From Bacteroidia bacterium (lineage in GTDB: Bacteria; Bacteroidota; Bacteroidia; Bacteroidales; VadinHA17): a DNA stretch of 64,000 bases. Under the pieces are notes generated by a model. It searched no databases. It was not told the origin of the DNA and was given only the letters and a program-made list of their open reading frames with translations. The stretch's first letter is position 1; each line of letters begins with the position of its first letter. This document shows positions 9,920-19,325 of this stretch, in pieces. The stretch spans positions 32,001-96,000 of the forward strand of contig JAPLDX010000058.1 of NCBI GenBank assembly GCA_026391215.1. The letters are read 5' to 3'. The position numbers and the translations under genes were made by a program.

Positions 9920-11536
9920 CTAATGATTTAAGCGTAATTTTTTTCGTACAGGCAGCGCTATAAAAACATAAGCCAGTATTAAAACGCTTAGTATTGCAGA
10001 AAACCGCATTAAATAATCACCATAGAGGACATACGGTGTCAGGGCAATTTCATAACAGATATTCCCCCTTATCACATCTTCGGTCCACCATTTGGTTTCC
10101 TGAGTCCGTCTGCCCCTGGTGTCAATAATGCATGAGATCCCGGTGTTTGCTGCCCTGACTACCGGTCTTCGCGTTTCAATGGCCCTTATTGAGGCATATG
10201 AAAGATGCTGTTTGTATCCCGGGGTATTTTTCCACCATCCGTCATTTGTGATAATAAATAGAGCATTGGCTCCTTTCCGCACATAATCAGCAACATAATT
10301 TCCGAAGACAGACTCATAACATATAATAGGTGCAACTGACTTACCTGTAAATGGATGTTTAAAGACAGTTCTATCCTTCTGAGTTCCATAACCCCATTTT
10401 GTACCGCCAAGATATGGAACGATATTGCTGATTAGTTTGCCAAGTCCTGCAGAAAACTGCATTTCGATTCCGGGAACCAGTTTTGATTTGTGATAGATAC
10501 CTTTTACTCCGCAGGGATCAATCATAAATGCTGAGTTGAAATGATCATAGAAGAAACCTGAAGTATCAATTTTACTCGCGGTATTTGAAGGCGGCTCCTG
10601 TCCCGGAGGATACAACCTGAAGCTGACCAGCCCGGAAATTACAGTTGTCCCGGGATGTTGTCCTGCAAATTCCATAAGTGCAAGAATGTATTTATTACTA
10701 TCTGTTTCCTGCTCATTGAAAGGATCATCAACAGTTGTTTCAGGGGTCAGCACCCATGTTGTTTTTTCGGTGACACCAGCAGAAGCCATATCAATGGTCT
10801 TTTTCAGCTGTTCTTCAAATGACACTGTAAATTTTTCGGTATACGGATCAATGTTGGGTTGGATTATAAGCACTTCATTTTCTCCGGTATTGTTCTGTTC
10901 AATGGTATAAAATCTTGTAATTGAAATGATTGAAGGAATAAGTATCACAGCAATCCATATCCACAGATATAGCATATGTCTGTGTTTCCTGCTGAAGGAA
11001 TTTACAATAAAGAGAGCCAGGAACAGGTTTGATAACATGATCCACAGTGTACCTCCGGATGCCCCGGTAATCTCGTACCACTGAATGAAAAGAATATCTT
11101 TTGCGAGGCCGTTGCCAAGATTTATCCAGGGAGAGAACAGGGCAAAGCTGAGGGAAAGGAGCTCAAAGGCAAGCCAGGACGTAATTACCGCTATTGATGC
11201 GGTTATAATTCCGGCCTGTACCCGTACAACATGGGCAAGCCACAAGATAAAAGTCATAAAGAACGACATTCCGGTTATTACGGTTATTGCAGCAGGGATG
11301 CTTGCAATCCTTATCCATCCCACGGTCATAATATTAAATATAACGATACCGGGAAGTGTATAAATAAAGCAAGCATTCCAACTGAATGTGCCGGGATTTT
11401 CAAAAATATGGTTTTCAATCAGGAAGAATGGTACAAGTGAGACCAGAAGAATGAGCCCCGGGAACCAGCTTGTCCAGGCAAGCCCTGTCAGAATCCCGCC
11501 AGTTACAGAGAGAGCCAGGAGACGATACCTGTTCAT
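9920..11536 (-). CDS. lnt: Apolipoprotein N-acyltransferase
   Basis: TM N-half, IIQPNI, PET, YHKSKLVP, ICYES, NDGWW, RAIETRR, RAANTGIS. Confidence 0.95.
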   Translation of the reverse strand: MNRYRLLALSVTGGILTGLAWTSWFPGLILLVSLVPFFLIENHIFENPGTFSWNACFIYTLPGIVIFNIMTVGWIRIASIPAAITVITGMSFFMTFILWLAHVVRVQAGIITASIAVITSWLAFELLSLSFALFSPWINLGNGLAKDILFIQWYEITGASGGTLWIMLSNLFLALFIVNSFSRKHRHMLYLWIWIAVILIPSIISITRFYTIEQNNTGENEVLIIQPNIDPYTEKFTVSFEEQLKKTIDMASAGVTEKTTWVLTPETTVDDPFNEQETDSNKYILALMEFAGQHPGTTVISGLVSFRLYPPGQEPPSNTASKIDTSGFFYDHFNSAFMIDPCGVKGIYHKSKLVPGIEMQFSAGLGKLISNIVPYLGGTKWGYGTQKDRTVFKHPFTGKSVAPIICYESVFGNYVADYVRKGANALFIITNDGWWKNTPGYKQHLSYASIRAIETRRPVVRAANTGISCIIDTRGRRTQETKWWTEDVIRGNICYEIALTPYVLYGDYLMRFSAILSVLILAYVFIALPVRKKLRLNH

Positions 11537-12438
11537 TTCAGCTTGCTTTTTATTCTTCCCAGTATTGCCGGACGGTTGATAAGGTAGACACCAGCAAGTA
11601 TCAATAAAACTGAAACCAGTATAGATGATGTAAGGTGCTCATTATCTGAAAGTCCCCATATAGTTGCGACAATCGGGATAAAATAAGTGGTCATTGATGC
11701 AAAAACAGGCGATGTATCCTTTATCAGCCTGTAGAACAGTATCAGAGCAAATGCGCTTCCAAAAACTGAAAGAACTGCAATGAATCCGAAGTTCCTGAGC
11801 CAGTTTTCTGTCTCCAGCGGCGCCTGCAGGTCAGTCAGGAGGAGAAGAACAAGTGCAAAAGGCCCCAGTATAAAAAATGCCAGTGAGGTTATTTCCAGTC
11901 CGTTAAGACCCTGAACTTTACTTACCTCATTTGAGCTGATACCGTAGAGGAGAGTTGCCAGTACGACGAAAAGGCCGTAGTAATTAAATGTAAAGGAGCC
12001 GCTGTAAAGAAGACCTGCGGCACCGATCAAACCAAGAAAAACTCCTGCAACCTGTGATCTTATTGCCTTCCTTTTATACATTACTATCCCCATGATCAGG
12101 GTAAATACAGGGCTTAATGAATTTAACATGCCAGCTACCGAACTGTCGATCCTGGTCTGTGCCTGGGGAAAGAGGAACGCCGGGATACCACTACCGAAGA
12201 AGCCTATGATAATGATTGATAAAAGGTTATCTTTTGTAAGCTTGGGCAAGCTGCGTATAGCCATCGGTAAAAGGCACAGAAATGAGATCAGTACCCTCAG
12301 TGAGGCAACCTGGTACGTTGAAAAAGATTCAAGACCCTTTTTCATTAATATATAGCTGGTCCCCCATATCAGCGACAGGGTGGCCAGAACTAACCAGTGC
12401 CATAGTTTCCTTCCTTCGGACATATCTGATAAATCCAC
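11533..12438 (-). CDS. DMT/EamA family transporter
   Basis: About 10 TMs, IWGTSY, two EamA repeats. Confidence 0.9.
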   Translation of the reverse strand: MDLSDMSEGRKLWHWLVLATLSLIWGTSYILMKKGLESFSTYQVASLRVLISFLCLLPMAIRSLPKLTKDNLLSIIIIGFFGSGIPAFLFPQAQTRIDSSVAGMLNSLSPVFTLIMGIVMYKRKAIRSQVAGVFLGLIGAAGLLYSGSFTFNYYGLFVVLATLLYGISSNEVSKVQGLNGLEITSLAFFILGPFALVLLLLTDLQAPLETENWLRNFGFIAVLSVFGSAFALILFYRLIKDTSPVFASMTTYFIPIVATIWGLSDNEHLTSSILVSVLLILAGVYLINRPAILGRIKSKLK

Positions 12439-12496
12439 AAATTTAACAGAAGAAGTGAGAGCCGGGTTTTATTTTAAGTTCTTTTTGAATATTTTG

Positions 12497-12547
12497 TATG
12501 TTCACCACTTTAAAAGGGCAGTTCATCCAATTTTTTCAGTCACTTAT
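12497..12547 (+). promoter_or_regulatory. LytTR-type direct repeats with 21-bp period
   Basis: GTTCAC at 12500, GTTCAT at 12521, degenerate ACTTAT at 12542. Confidence 0.45.
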
Positions 12548-12636
12548 GAAAATGAATAATAATAATATTGCTTTTTGTAAAATATTAGTATATTTTTACA
12601 AATAGTATTCGTTTAAAAGAATAAAAATATCCCTGA

Positions 12637-13113
12637 ATGAAAAGATACATTCTCGTTTCTTTCGCAGCATTGTATGCTTTGTCCCTCAGCGGACAGAAAC
12701 AGGAAGTGATTGCAAGTGCCGGCGGATATAATTCAGCTGGCAGTATCTCTATCAGCTGGACGCTTGGTGAGACAATTATTCCAACCTTTTCATCGGGAGA
12801 TCTGATCCTTACTCACGGATTTCAGCAGCAGCTGATTGTGACAACCATTGAGGACAATCTTGAAGAGCTGGTAAATGTAACTGTTTATCCAAATCCGGCC
12901 AGTGAAAACCTGAATCTGAGGTTTGAGGTGCCTGTTGAGGGAGAGATTGACCTATATCTTCTCAACCAGCAGGGTCAGCTGGTAAAGACCGATGTTATTG
13001 AGGCTGCAACTCTTGAAAAGCAGATCAGCATGCAGGAGTTTCCTGCAGGGGTCTATTTCCTGAGGCTTGTTAAAGGAAAATTAAGTAACGTATATAAAGT
13101 TGTAAAACTTTAA
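12637..13113 (+). CDS. Small secreted protein with T9SS type A C-terminal sorting domain
   Basis: Signal peptide; VYPNP...PAGVYFLRL...YKVVKL CTD. Confidence 0.9.
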   Translation: MKRYILVSFAALYALSLSGQKQEVIASAGGYNSAGSISISWTLGETIIPTFSSGDLILTHGFQQQLIVTTIEDNLEELVNVTVYPNPASENLNLRFEVPVEGEIDLYLLNQQGQLVKTDVIEAATLEKQISMQEFPAGVYFLRLVKGKLSNVYKVVKL

Positions 13114-13131
13114 AGAAGCTTTTACTGTCCA

Positions 13132-13190
13132 AAAGCAAATTTTTCCATTCTTTTCATGGCTGCCCCGACATTCAACGTCGGGGCTTTTTT
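13132..13190 (+). repeat. Direct repeat copy 1 containing an intrinsic terminator
   Basis: AAAGCAAATTTTTCCATTCTTTTCATGGCTGCCCCGAC-attcaac-GTCGGGGCTTTT; near-identical copy at 14197-14252. Confidence 0.9.
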
Positions 13191-13227
13191 TAAGTCTATT
13201 TATATTATGTTGAAAAATTTCTGATTA

Positions 13228-13445
13228 AAAAGAGCCAAATATGAATAACCCCCGGTGCCAACCGGGGGGAAAGGGACAAAACAAGGATGTACAGCTCTGA
13301 AGGAGCTATATTTGATTGATGTCTGGCAAGGCAGGAAGCAATATTTCTCTTAGCCGGCTCTGAAAGAGCCAAATTTGAATAACCCCCGGTGCCAACCGGG
13401 GGAAAGATGGTAACACATCTCTGCAGCTCTGAAGGAGCTGAATAT
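13228..13445 (+). repeat. Two composite REP-like units left of the Y1 transposase
   Basis: Units at ~13228-13310 and ~13356-13445: (GGCTCTG)AAAGAGCC-AAATWTGAATAACCCCCGGTGCCAACCGGGGG-spacer-CAGCTCTGAAGGAGCT. Confidence 0.9.
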
Positions 13446-13450
13446 GAGCT

Positions 13451-13897
13451 CTATGGGAAGTACCTGTCATCAACCTTGACACCAGACTCCAGCAGCAGCT
13501 TCCTGTACTCCTCCTCAAATATTACCTTCCTGTGATGCTCCTGCTGACTCTTTATATATTCTATCAGCCTTCCGGCATCTATATAAGAACACGTAAAAGC
13601 CCCATATCCATCTGCCCAACCATTAAAAGACGGGAAAAACCCGCTGTTTTTCATCCATACTGAAGACGCCACTTTTACTTCTCTCATAAAGTCAGCCAGC
13701 GCTATAGATGGATGAATATCAGTGAGCAGATGCAGATGATCTTCAGTACCATTGATACGATACAGATGACTATTTTTGTTCCTTGTTATTCCAATAATGT
13801 AGGAATAAAGCTGCCCTGCATTTTCCTGTTTGATAGCTGGCAGACTATCCTTTGTCCTGAAGACAATGTGATAAAGCAACTGTCTGTAGCTTGACAT
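13451..13897 (-). mobile_element. tnpA: Y1 HUH transposase (IS200/IS605 TnpA or REP-associated RAYT type)
   Basis: YHIVFRTK, DHLHLL (HUH), WADGYGAF, YIKSQQEHH (catalytic Tyr); flanked by palindromic repeats; no tnpB. Confidence 0.9.
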
Positions 13898-13970
13898 AAT
13901 AAAAATGGCTTTAATTAATAATACAGCGAGAAAAAAGTAGAATACAGAATTTCCAGGTAAAATCCAAATA

Positions 13971-14130
13971 AATTGAGCCCCTTCAGGGCTCTACATATAA
14001 CTCATGTGCAGTCTATACATTGGCACCGGGGATTATTCAAATTCAGCCCTTGCAGGGCGACACTAGTAGGAAGCGTGCTCTTCGCCTGCTATTGCTGGGG
14101 GTCATTCAAATTAAGCCACATTCGTGGCTT
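13971..14130 (-). repeat. Inverted composite REP-like units right of the transposase
   Basis: GAGCCCCTTCAGGGCTC, TTGGCACCGGGGATTATTCAAATTCAGCCCTTGCAGGGC and degenerate GGGGGTCATTCAAATTAAGCCACATTCGTGGCTT match the reverse complement of the left units. Confidence 0.85.
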
Positions 14131-14196
14131 GGTTGGCTGTCACAATTAGTGTAGACAGATATAGAGTAACTATAGCAAGATTATTTTCTTACTCTC

Positions 14197-14252
14197 AAAG
14201 CAATTTTTCCATTCTTTTCATGGCTGCCCCGACATTTATAGTCGGGGCTTTT
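14197..14252 (+). repeat. Direct repeat copy 2 containing a terminator hairpin
   Basis: AAAGCAATTTTTCCATTCTTTTCATGGCTGCCCCGAC-atttata-GTCGGGGCTTTT. Confidence 0.9.
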
Positions 14253-14339
14253 GCTTTGTTAAATAGTGTTAAATCAGCTTCTTATCAAATACGGGGTAAT
14301 ACTAATTGTCTATCTTTCGGTATTAATCCAACATCGGAA

Positions 14340-15548
14340 ATGATAAATAAAGTATTCGTTGTTTCGTTTGCAGTCATCCTTCTGACCGGATGCGGCAGCA
14401 GTGAGGAACAGATCATCAAACGGGCAGATAAAATACATGAGAAATTCCTGACGGTCGATACACATTGCGATACACCGCTTGATATAATAAGAAACGGTTT
14501 TGATCTCGGAGAAAAGCACGACAGGGGATGTGTCGATTTTCCGAGAATGATCGAAGGAGGACTGGATGCTGAATTCCTGGCAGCTTATATCGGTCAGGGA
14601 CCGAGAGACGATTCATCAACCAACCAGGCTCACCTGGAAATCCTCGGTATAATTGATGCAATATATAAGAATGTTGAAAAGAATTCCGCGATGGCAGAGA
14701 TTGCCCTTTCGCCTGATGATGCATACAGGCTGAAGAAAGCCGGTAAGCTATCGGCATTCATTGGAATTGAAAATGGTTACCCTGTGGGCAAAGATATTTC
14801 CAGAATAAAACAGTATTATGATCTGGGTGCAAGGTATATAACTCTTTGCCATTCAGGGAACAATGATATTTGCGATTCATCTTCCGATCCAAAGGGACCT
14901 GAACATAACGGGTTATCATCTTTTGGAGAAGAAGTAGTAAAAGAGATGAACCATCTTGGAATGATTATCGATGTTTCACATATGTCCGATGAGGCATTCA
15001 GTGATGTTTTAAGCGTATCCAAAGCTCCGGTAATTGCTTCTCATTCATCATCAAGGGCATTGTGCTCCAGTCCGAGAAACCTTTCTGATGACATGCTGCT
15101 GTCACTGAAATCAAATGACGGAGTCATCCAGATATGCATCCTGAGCAGCTATATAAAAACTCCCGAACCCAATCCTGAGATGGATGCAAAACTGGCAGAG
15201 CTTAAGGATAAATATGGTGATTTTAACACCCTGTCGGATGAGCAGAAAAAACAGTTTCGCAGTGAAAGATGGGAGATTATGGATAAATACAGGAAGCTAG
15301 CAACTGTTACTGACGTTGTTGATCATATTGATCATGTAGCGCAGGTAATCGGTATTGATCATGTAGGCATCGGAACCGATTTTGACGGTGGAGGAGGGGT
15401 TGACGGATGCAAATCAGTTGCAGAAATGAAGAACATCACCATAGAATTATTGCGCCGCGGTTATTCAAAATCAGATATCGGAAAGATATGGGGCGGGAAT
15501 ATCATGAGGGTTTTCCGCGAAGTCGAAGAAATAGCCGGAAAGAATTAG
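14340..15548 (+). CDS. Membrane dipeptidase (M19) lipoprotein (start corrected to MINKV)
   Basis: Lipobox LTGC; DTHCD, GIENG, IDVSH, ASHSS, GIGTDFDG, KIWGGN. Confidence 0.93.
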   Translation: MINKVFVVSFAVILLTGCGSSEEQIIKRADKIHEKFLTVDTHCDTPLDIIRNGFDLGEKHDRGCVDFPRMIEGGLDAEFLAAYIGQGPRDDSSTNQAHLEILGIIDAIYKNVEKNSAMAEIALSPDDAYRLKKAGKLSAFIGIENGYPVGKDISRIKQYYDLGARYITLCHSGNNDICDSSSDPKGPEHNGLSSFGEEVVKEMNHLGMIIDVSHMSDEAFSDVLSVSKAPVIASHSSSRALCSSPRNLSDDMLLSLKSNDGVIQICILSSYIKTPEPNPEMDAKLAELKDKYGDFNTLSDEQKKQFRSERWEIMDKYRKLATVTDVVDHIDHVAQVIGIDHVGIGTDFDGGGGVDGCKSVAEMKNITIELLRRGYSKSDIGKIWGGNIMRVFREVEEIAGKN

Positions 15549-15549
15549 C

Positions 15550-16626
15550 TCATATCTTCACGCGCGAAAACCTAAGTACCTTCAGTATCCATTCAGGTAA
15601 AGGCTTTCCAGGCTCTCTTTTCTTCAGATTGAGATACCATCCCAGCTTTTTCAGAACTGGAATTTTATGTGTTTCAACAAACTCGATCAGAGTACCGTCG
15701 GGATCTTCAATATATGAGAAATGGCCGGCAGCCTCCCCCATATCGAAACTGTTGCCATCATGACTTTGCTTGCTATCAACCCTGAACGGGAATCCCAGGT
15801 TATTACAGTAAGATTTCAACTCGTCCATATTGACAATGTCAAAACAGAGATGTATGAATCCGGGGTCGCCCCAGAATCGGTCTTCATATATTCTTTTCCC
15901 TGGATTGTCGGCACTAATAAGTTCAATCTCGGTTTGTCCCAGAACCCTGCTGAAAGGACCCATGACGGTCTTTGATCTTCTGAGCAGCACCCTTCTGAAA
16001 GCATTTTTCCCTCCGGGAAGAGGAGCAAGATCGGGGAATACGCCGGTCGAATCATAAGCAACTTCATCATAACCAAGGATATCTGAATACACCCTCCTGG
16101 CTTTTTCCATGTTAGAAACACCAATAATGACACCGTATGAGCCTCCGGATACCTTATTCTCATTCATGAACCAGCCGGCCCCTTCGACCATCTGAAAGAT
16201 ATTTCCATACGGATCTTTCAGGAAGAAACTCTTCTTACCATTAGGGTCCGGTGCCGGTTCCCCTAAAAGAGCTGAATTGTTTTGATGATAGAAAGAATAA
16301 GCTTCATCAATATTTTTGACTTTCATTTTACAGCCAGTGATGCCAAGGTCCCCCAGTTTTATCTCTTCCCTGATCTGGACCGGCTCTCTTCCTTTATACT
16401 GCCATATCTCAAATCCTCCTCCGCTCTGAAGGTTTAGTGCAAGTACGGCATGTCTGCTCCAGGGTTTGCCTCCTGTGAAAGGCAGCATCAGCTTTGCTAC
16501 TGCTTCATCTTCAAATATCCTGCAGTCCATTCCAAACTGACTGATATACCACTTCCATGCCTCTTTGAAGTTAACAACTCCGATCCCTACCTGCTGGATC
16601 CCGCCTATTAAGTATCCCTTCTTCAT
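15550..16626 (-). CDS. Two-domain VOC/glyoxalase-fold protein
   Basis: GIQQVGIGV, FEIWQY, KDPYGN, HLCFD, EDPDGTLIEFVE. Confidence 0.85.
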   Translation of the reverse strand: MKKGYLIGGIQQVGIGVVNFKEAWKWYISQFGMDCRIFEDEAVAKLMLPFTGGKPWSRHAVLALNLQSGGGFEIWQYKGREPVQIREEIKLGDLGITGCKMKVKNIDEAYSFYHQNNSALLGEPAPDPNGKKSFFLKDPYGNIFQMVEGAGWFMNENKVSGGSYGVIIGVSNMEKARRVYSDILGYDEVAYDSTGVFPDLAPLPGGKNAFRRVLLRRSKTVMGPFSRVLGQTEIELISADNPGKRIYEDRFWGDPGFIHLCFDIVNMDELKSYCNNLGFPFRVDSKQSHDGNSFDMGEAAGHFSYIEDPDGTLIEFVETHKIPVLKKLGWYLNLKKREPGKPLPEWILKVLRFSRVKI

Positions 16627-16644
16627 ATAAGATTTTAATATAAA

Positions 16645-17454
16645 TTATGTTGATTTCAATTTGTCTGCAATTCTGAAAAAGAACCATGGACAGATCCTTC
16701 TGATGTAAAGTATAGTCAGTTCTCCTCCGCCTACAAGGATCTCTCTTTTATTCCTTTTTATCCCCCTTATTATTATTCTTGCTGCTTTTTCCGGCGTTAT
16801 TCCATTTAACAGGCCCTCATCCATTTTCCCGTGCTCTTTGCCTTCTGAGTTTAGGGCATGAAATGAGATATTCGTCCTTACTCTCCCGGGGATAAGAACG
16901 GATGTCCTTATATTATTTATTTTGTTTTCCAGGAAAAGTGTTTCAAAGAATCCATGGAGAGCCTGCTTTGAGGCAGAATAAGCGGAACGCAACGGAAAAC
17001 CGAATCTTCCTGTTATGCTGCTTGTTGCCACAATATGTCCTGATTTATGGCTTATCATGTATGGCAGAACAGCTTTTGTCAGGGCAATGGTTCCGAAATA
17101 GTTGATCTCAAATATTTTCCTGTCAAGCCACATCGGAGTTTCATCAATCCTTGCTCTCTGGCTTATTCCACCAATATTTATAAGATAATCCAGTTTGCCG
17201 ATGATCTTCATCTGTCGTTCGACCAGGTTCGCAATATCGGAAGTATCAGAAAGATCAAATGGTACGCATATAATTTCAGATGATCTGCCTCCGCAAGCGG
17301 CTTTTACCCTTTCCAGTCCCTGTTCATCGTTTGACGAAATAATGACTTTGGCTCCCCTGTTTATAAATTCATATACAAGCGCTTCCCCTATTCCTGAAGA
17401 TGCACCTGTTATCCAGGCATATTTCCCCGAAAATGTTTCATGCTTTTTTTTCAC
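16645..17454 (-). CDS. Short-chain dehydrogenase/reductase
   Basis: TGASSGIG, catalytic YSASK. Confidence 0.95.
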   Translation of the reverse strand: MKKKHETFSGKYAWITGASSGIGEALVYEFINRGAKVIISSNDEQGLERVKAACGGRSSEIICVPFDLSDTSDIANLVERQMKIIGKLDYLINIGGISQRARIDETPMWLDRKIFEINYFGTIALTKAVLPYMISHKSGHIVATSSITGRFGFPLRSAYSASKQALHGFFETLFLENKINNIRTSVLIPGRVRTNISFHALNSEGKEHGKMDEGLLNGITPEKAARIIIRGIKRNKREILVGGGELTILYIRRICPWFFFRIADKLKST

Positions 17455-18782
17455 TTCAGATTCGCAATCAGGTTTATTAATTCTTCATGATTATTCTTCA
17501 GGTTGAGGTAATCTTCCCTTTTAAATCTCATATATTTTCTGATCCTGAAACCTCCCATGATCCGGCGGAAAACCAGCCTATAGTTCCATGCAAAAAGTCC
17601 TGTTAGGGGTAGGCTTGACAGAACCAGGATGGCAAGCCACCATGGAGAGATGAACACGAAAGCAAGAATAATATATACTGGTACAAAGATTATTGCTGTC
17701 GCCAGTGATATTCCATACCTGATTGAACTATGGAATTGGGTATCTTTCATCTTGCGGATCTGCAATTCAGGTAAATACAGAAATGTCAGGTTGAAAATAT
17801 TACCGTATATGAAAAGAGGGAATGTGATTAATAAACCTAACATTCCGGCGATCAGCCAAACAATGGGATGTTTCCTTTTCTCAAGAAGCCGGTAGTCGAT
17901 ATTCAGCTCCTTTGCTTTTTGTTTTATCTGCAGGCTGAGAGAACAAATTCTCTGGTAAGTTGAATTATCACTGATTTTAAGCTTGTTCAGCTTATCAATC
18001 AGAATTCTGTCTCTGAAAAGCTTTGGGAGTTTAATACTGTCGCTGAACCGGCCGTTGATCATGTTTCTTAGCTCATCTATCGCTTCATAGTCCTCTTCAG
18101 ATTCTATATGGACCATCAGTTTTTTAATTTCAGATGAGAGCTTGCTTCTCAGTTCGTTAAGCGCAATTTCCGGGCTTTTCTTGTAAAGCTCATGGAATTC
18201 GGATGTATCGATAGGTTTCCCATAAACGACGGTAAGCACCTGCCTGTACCTGGTATAATTGGTAAACTCCAGGCCGACAGGCATAATTTTGATCTTCAGG
18301 TTGAAACCGGATGCTTCATCTGCCTGGAATGCCACCCTGCATATACCTTTTTTCAGCTGCCGGAGTCTCCTGAAGCCAGCATGATCGCCTTCCGGAAGGA
18401 TGACGAGGCCATTCTTATTACGCAATACATCAATTGTCTTATCAAATATCTCATCATTCCCTATTACAGTCCGGAAACCATCCCTGATCCTGTATACAGG
18501 AAGTATTTTGATAAAATATAAAAGCGAAGCAATAAACTTTTTCTTAAAAATATCTGCACGGGCAAGAAAAACCATTTGTCCCCTGGTTGTAAGAAGGACG
18601 GCAAGTGCATCCATAAGTGCATTCTGATGGTTCGGGGCAAAAATCAGATGGTCATTATGATTGATATTTTCCCGACCCAGGACAATTACCTTTCTGTAAA
18701 AGATATTGTTGTGCCAGAGACCTGCAGCATACTTCAGTAAAGCATACCTTTTAGAATACTTCTCAATGTTTTCCTTACCCAT
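17451..18782 (-). CDS. PlsC-family acyltransferase with C-terminal TM helices
   Basis: NHQNALMD (HX4D), PVYR, LPEG. Confidence 0.9.
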   Translation of the reverse strand: MGKENIEKYSKRYALLKYAAGLWHNNIFYRKVIVLGRENINHNDHLIFAPNHQNALMDALAVLLTTRGQMVFLARADIFKKKFIASLLYFIKILPVYRIRDGFRTVIGNDEIFDKTIDVLRNKNGLVILPEGDHAGFRRLRQLKKGICRVAFQADEASGFNLKIKIMPVGLEFTNYTRYRQVLTVVYGKPIDTSEFHELYKKSPEIALNELRSKLSSEIKKLMVHIESEEDYEAIDELRNMINGRFSDSIKLPKLFRDRILIDKLNKLKISDNSTYQRICSLSLQIKQKAKELNIDYRLLEKRKHPIVWLIAGMLGLLITFPLFIYGNIFNLTFLYLPELQIRKMKDTQFHSSIRYGISLATAIIFVPVYIILAFVFISPWWLAILVLSSLPLTGLFAWNYRLVFRRIMGGFRIRKYMRFKREDYLNLKNNHEELINLIANLK

Positions 18783-18829
18783 TACGGAAATGAAAATAAT
18801 TTGCTTTAGGCTTCAGTAAGGCCGGAGGC

Positions 18830-18849
18830 AATTGAATAATTGTTCAATT
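18830..18849. promoter_or_regulatory. Near-perfect 20-bp palindrome, putative repressor operator
   Basis: AATTGAATAATTGTTCAATT, about 50 bp upstream of the acyltransferase start. Confidence 0.55.
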
Positions 18850-18929
18850 TAACAAAAATGGATTTTGAGTGTTCTGAGGATAGGTATTTTCAGAAGGATT
18901 TTTGAATTTTTAAGTCTTTATACTACCTT

Positions 18930-19325
18930 TCAATCGTCGTTAAATCCATCAGCCCATCTGTCAATTGTCCTTCTCTCTTTTTTTGTCGGACGGCCGCTTC
19001 CTTTTTTCCTGTAACCCGGAAATCCCGCCTGGCGCATTTCAAGCCTGGACTTTTCATTTTCCGGTGTCAAATCTTCGATAAAGTTAATCACGAGCTTTGC
19101 TGAAACCCGGTTTTCAATAGGTACGATAACCTTGTAAGTAAAACTCACAGGAGGTTTTTTTACTGTAAGGATTTCGTTCCCTTCAACTGTTTTTGCCGGT
19201 CTGGCAGGAATGTCATTAATGAGGATCCTCCCTCTTTTACAGGCATCTGCAGCCTGACTTCGGGTTTTGTATATCCTGACGGCCCAGAGAAATTTATCAA
19301 TTCTGACAGGTAGAATATCAGTCAT
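18930..19325 (-). CDS. hslR: Ribosome-associated heat shock protein Hsp15 (S4 domain)
   Basis: [25 protein letters not shown]. Confidence 0.92.
   Translation of the reverse strand: MTDILPVRIDKFLWAVRIYKTRSQAADACKRGRILINDIPARPAKTVEGNEILTVKKPPVSFTYKVIVPIENRVSAKLVINFIEDLTPENEKSRLEMRQAGFPGYRKKGSGRPTKKERRTIDRWADGFNDD

Noticed and set aside
13228-13445. Repeat-spacer-repeat pattern as a mini CRISPR array
   Set aside because: Only two composite units, mirrored in inverted form across a Y1 transposase, with no cas genes; fits REP architecture.
14124-14339. N-terminal extension of the dipeptidase ORF in the track
   Set aside because: Runs through repeat and terminator DNA; the lipoprotein signal begins at ATG 14340.
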